The notes beneath the pieces were generated by a model that was not told the DNA's origin, searched no databases, and worked only from the letters and a program-made list of their open reading frames with translations. A program made the translations under genes and the position numbers. A DNA stretch of 64,000 nucleotides from Armatimonadota bacterium (lineage in GTDB: Bacteria; Armatimonadota; SYMT01): assembly GCA_046292385.1 (NCBI GenBank), contig JBKBRF010000009.1, forward strand, positions 1 to 64,000. The letters are read 5' to 3'. Positions 62,501-64,000 of the stretch are shown here, piece after piece. How positions within the stretch are numbered: the stretch's first letter is position 1; each line of letters opens with the position of its first letter.

Positions 62501-62690
62501 CAGGCTTTTTCGCCGCGGGCGACTTCGCGGCAGCGGCAGGCTTCTTCGCCGCGTCCGCTTTCTTCCGCGCAGAGGCGGCCGGCTTCGGCTTCTCCTTGGC
62601 CCTGGAGGGCCGGGCGGTCTGCGCCAGGAGCGATTGGCCCGAAAAGAGCGTGCCCAGGCAGAGCAGCAGCGAGAGGAAGCGTGGCGACAT
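56586..62690 (-). CDS. Bacterial alpha-2-macroglobulin (MG2 domain protein) with thioester motif
   Basis: Signal peptide, YLYTERPVYRPGQTV, FRVEEYKKPEFEV, RSDFQDTALW, PDNLTRW, YPYGCVEQT, QNADGGWGWW and ELRDDRVAFF; start re-called to ATG 62690. Confidence 0.93.
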   Translation of the reverse strand: MSPRFLSLLLCLGTLFSGQSLLAQTARPSRAKEKPKPAASARKKADAAKKPAAAAKSPAAKKPAAAKPTAAKPAEKPAASAEKSKPAAAPVEESLLAQADRAYAEKRWADALRLYSSAQAKKQVPAERVAQVDYTMARCVGLTEQWDRATNHALVIAERYKNTIWDARSRAWLMQLYLMVPHGGWKVGGRYFRGEDVPQVDSPERPERIDLTAEDQRKAVQFGEEAYLLYDRLRAQIPEAAPEQADHAADLVRVLTGTQLDAWARERKWPAPDHASWKLDPDAKYSADWGLPRKALQLYLAVEKIGTETQKPRARLAQAIWLRDYHEKVQRLMRWELVGYGDRPEVKLPPYPYQSRNPDDLLRSVVKDFPEKPEPQRARLLLGDWLAADGKYTEAAASYEALVKEHPQGAWTPAAQQAIAAITRLHLEIAAPAPQLPGVKPKMTVRARNLKSVQLTGYRVKLEEMVKQPAVLLKTESGLEDLLQRIGREKGARKFAQGEPVTWEAPLTDSDDHSAVTRQIEAPFTSNGAYVIEADGGKVHSAVLLLITDLAVVQVVDGQRAYARVVNAVTGAPVAEASAIIRELYDDKAGKSKISAATIATDENGFADKQLSPEGVSSDSVVTFAWKGDRYAVTGSNWASRQADAGDSGQVYLYTERPVYRPGQTVHYRALLATRDEQRAWKSMTDQKVRVRLQAPDESYLATKDLSTGAFGTLHGSFELSPGALLGEYTVLAAWGRGEDRERIAGTFRVEEYKKPEFEVQVTPKVGAAPVRIGERVSATIAARYYFGEPVANGRVQYRVFRHEWQPSTRFTYPVREWAREEIAQGTAATNARGEASIEFVALPYPGEKDAHARFEVVAEVTDASRRTIEAKGEVRALASLVQGEIRLARSFFSSGDRVAAELRTSVPGGDAVAASGTLRVMRLTGDADSESGYREAESHRQSVRTDAGGTARLDWTPRRGGLYEIVFEALDGREGKSITRERVWIAGDAAADGLKVDEELVVLAEQATYRPGDTARLLVVSRRPDLHLMLSEEADHRLLSRRSVTTRGNFSVLEVPVTGAHLPGVTLGLYGVRDGVFLQDLANLQVVGSSRDLRVEVTAATARVQPGEKTTLRIRTLDARGRGVRAEASVGVIDESLTYIQPEELGTLAAFLKDAYSGSYVRSETSAEQTFGSLDADSQPPLKSERDDDSLAAGLGKLGAGDAVDVLGVWTPRRHRSELGRLAREVNIGAVAAEVSATAQPELGGRVESTIARKPRLLADSLRVRSDFQDTALWLPSVVTDENGEATVEVVWPDNLTRWRATAVGWTPDARGGEGSASVETYKDFLVRLQSPRFFVERDEVTLSANVHNYTEETRRVRVSLQLEGGTLAPAGAAAPGPPQPQPVFVPRADLLVPGDAAAPPPVSAAAGVLEQWVEVPQGGEARVDWRVRVDRSGEAKVRVRAEAGEQGDAMEMRFPVKVHGVEKTVVRSGALSGGSKTKPDASVRLPFTLPAERSPEGGSLVVQLNPSVMSTALEALPYLVEYPYGCVEQTLSRFVPCVVAAKTLSELKIDLAALRSRARPEQLRGREPVFDPSRLQSVSAEGLSRLQRFQNADGGWGWWQHDPSDPHMSAYVLEGLAMAKQAGVELTPGLLERGFAYLEKSLGGIESLHEQAYAGCVLTLDPKRAAAAGKRLAEGVYPKREALNAYGLALLAMGLQRTGRAAEAKVCAAMLSNTAKVDRANSTCSWTRTVGEAWEWQNHDVETTATCLRALLRVDPKSSLAAMAARWLIVNRQGNAWDTTRASALAIEALSEFARIRGELKPSFTAAIRVNGGPEKRFTLTPEEALLGDYRLVVPAAELGSGPCEVTVSRTGAGTLYYTAALQYFSFEEDIQPAGNEISVRRRYFRLTRTPSGVEKGEKTADGYHRVLLAPGAPLDSGDLLEVELVLESKNRFTHLVFEDMKPAGCEPVELRSGARYGEGLCSNVELRDDRVAFFITELPQGTRMLTYRLRAEAPGSFHALPLSGYAMYAPLVRCISDEGRITIAERVGASR

Positions 62691-62930
62691 GGGACTGGAT
62701 CTCCGAGAAACCGCACGGAGGCCGCCGGGACGGGCTGCGGTCGGTTGCGGCGGCGGGCGAGCAGAGCGGCTCCCGGCGGCGGGAGGCAGGAGCGCCCCCC
62801 TTCCGTTCACCACGCCGCGCGGCGCGCCCTACCCGCCCCCGCCGCGGCCCAGGTTTCCCAACATTCACGCCACGGCAATAACGCGATGGCGGGGCCGCGC
62901 CGCCTGGTCGCCGCGGCAGGAGGAGACGGC

Positions 62931-63836
62931 ATGGATCTGCGTCTGGCGCCGGCGCGCACGCTGGGGAGGACCGGCGTGCAGGTGCCGCTGGTCGGCTACG
63001 GGACGGCACCCCTCGGCAAGAAGTGGTTCAAGGGCGATGCCACCCGGTGCCTGAACCACGCGATCGATCGGGGCATTACCTACCTCGACACCTCTCCGGA
63101 CTACGGCAGCGAGCCGTACGTCGGCGAGGTGATGAAGACTCGCCGGGACGAGGTCTTCCTGGCAACCAAGGTCAACAACCGCCGCAAAGAGACGGTGCTG
63201 GACGAGATCAAGGAGTCGCTCAAGAAGCTTCAGACCCACTACGTCGACCTGATCCAGGTCCACGCGGTGAACGCCTTCGCCGACCTGGAGATGGCGCTGG
63301 CGGAGGACGGTACCCTGGCGGCGCTGGAGCAAGCGCGGGACGAAGGGCTGGTCCGCTACATCGGCATTACCGGGCACGCCCGGCCGGAGATCCTGGCGGA
63401 GGCGCTGCGGAAGTACCCGTTCGACACGGTGCTCGTCGCGATCGGGATGGCGGACCGGCTGGTGACCGCGCCGGACCGCTTCCTGCTGCCGGTAGCGCGG
63501 GAGAAGAACGCCGGCGTCATCGCCATGAAGGTGCTCGGTCACGGCGAGTTCCCCAACGTGAACCTGGCACTGCGGTACTCCCTGGGACTGGAGGGGGTGA
63601 GCCTGGCGATCGTCGGCATGGACAACACCGACCAGATCGACGAGATCGTCGAGATCGCCGCCAACTACACCCCTCTCTCCGAGAGCGAGGAGGCGCAGCT
63701 CATCGAACAGGTGAAGCCGCTGGTGCAGAAGGACTACGAGGAGAGCCAGAAGGGCGCCGGCAGCCTGTTCTGGCTGCACGACAGCAACGTGATGGGTTGG
63801 AAGCAGCAGGACGAGCCGGCGCTAGTCAATTACTAG
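62931..63836 (+). CDS. Aldo/keto reductase
   Basis: LGRTG, YLDTSPDYGSE, FLATK, VDLIQVH, RYIGITGH and IAMK; AGGAGGAG RBS. Confidence 0.92.
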   Translation: MDLRLAPARTLGRTGVQVPLVGYGTAPLGKKWFKGDATRCLNHAIDRGITYLDTSPDYGSEPYVGEVMKTRRDEVFLATKVNNRRKETVLDEIKESLKKLQTHYVDLIQVHAVNAFADLEMALAEDGTLAALEQARDEGLVRYIGITGHARPEILAEALRKYPFDTVLVAIGMADRLVTAPDRFLLPVAREKNAGVIAMKVLGHGEFPNVNLALRYSLGLEGVSLAIVGMDNTDQIDEIVEIAANYTPLSESEEAQLIEQVKPLVQKDYEESQKGAGSLFWLHDSNVMGWKQQDEPALVNY

Positions 63837-64000
63837 CCGGGAGATGGAAGAGGGGAGATGAAAGAGCCCGCGGCGGCGGGCCGGTCCCTCTGGCGATCGC
63901 CAAGGGTCGACTCGAGAAGAGCCTGCGCCGAGAGATCCAATCCGCGGATAATCAGGCGTCCGGAGGACGCGTGGCCGAAGGCCGGGCAGCGAGGTACTTC

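Noticed and set aside
61869..62930. Long N-terminal extension of the aldo/keto reductase ORF (and 50301-51683 of the hypothetical ORF)
   Set aside because: These extensions overlap A2M or pheS/pheT antisense; better starts lie at 62931 (strong RBS) and 51684.
63952..64000. Possible 3' end of a minus-strand gene (KYLAARPSATRPPDA-stop)
   Set aside because: Too short at the window edge to support a call.

Overview
High-GC (roughly 70% by eye) bacterial chromosomal window. The organism is a diderm (porin, TolB-like protein, alpha-2-macroglobulin) with Terrabacteria-style RpoB/RpoC; Armatimonadota is my best inference, not a database result. Core genes: ruvCAB, dinB, a stand-alone rpoBC, thrS-rpmI-rplT (no infC) and pheST. 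Other content: a complete sulfate uptake locus (sbp-cysTWA, DUF2292 protein, OprO/P-type porin), CstA, APC and AI-2E transporters, a DUF1501 plus TolB-like pair, a 1551-aa secreted protein with two CxxCH motifs, and a thioester alpha-2-macroglobulin. The window opens in the end of a probable IS1634-like element that truncates an NhaP-type antiporter missing from the ORF track. Most notable observations: (i) RNA polymerase with a ~50-aa helical insert in the beta' trigger loop, an altered DITxGLPR motif, and a Cys4 zinc-ribbon insert in beta; (ii) several families of intergenic fold-back elements built from short tandem units, mostly at gene 3' ends; (iii) a repeated motif and palindrome in the sulfate-locus leaders; (iv) a soluble domain inserted into CstA. 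I found no rRNA, tRNA or CRISPR array. Several start codons were re-called from the sequence rather than taken from the ORF track.
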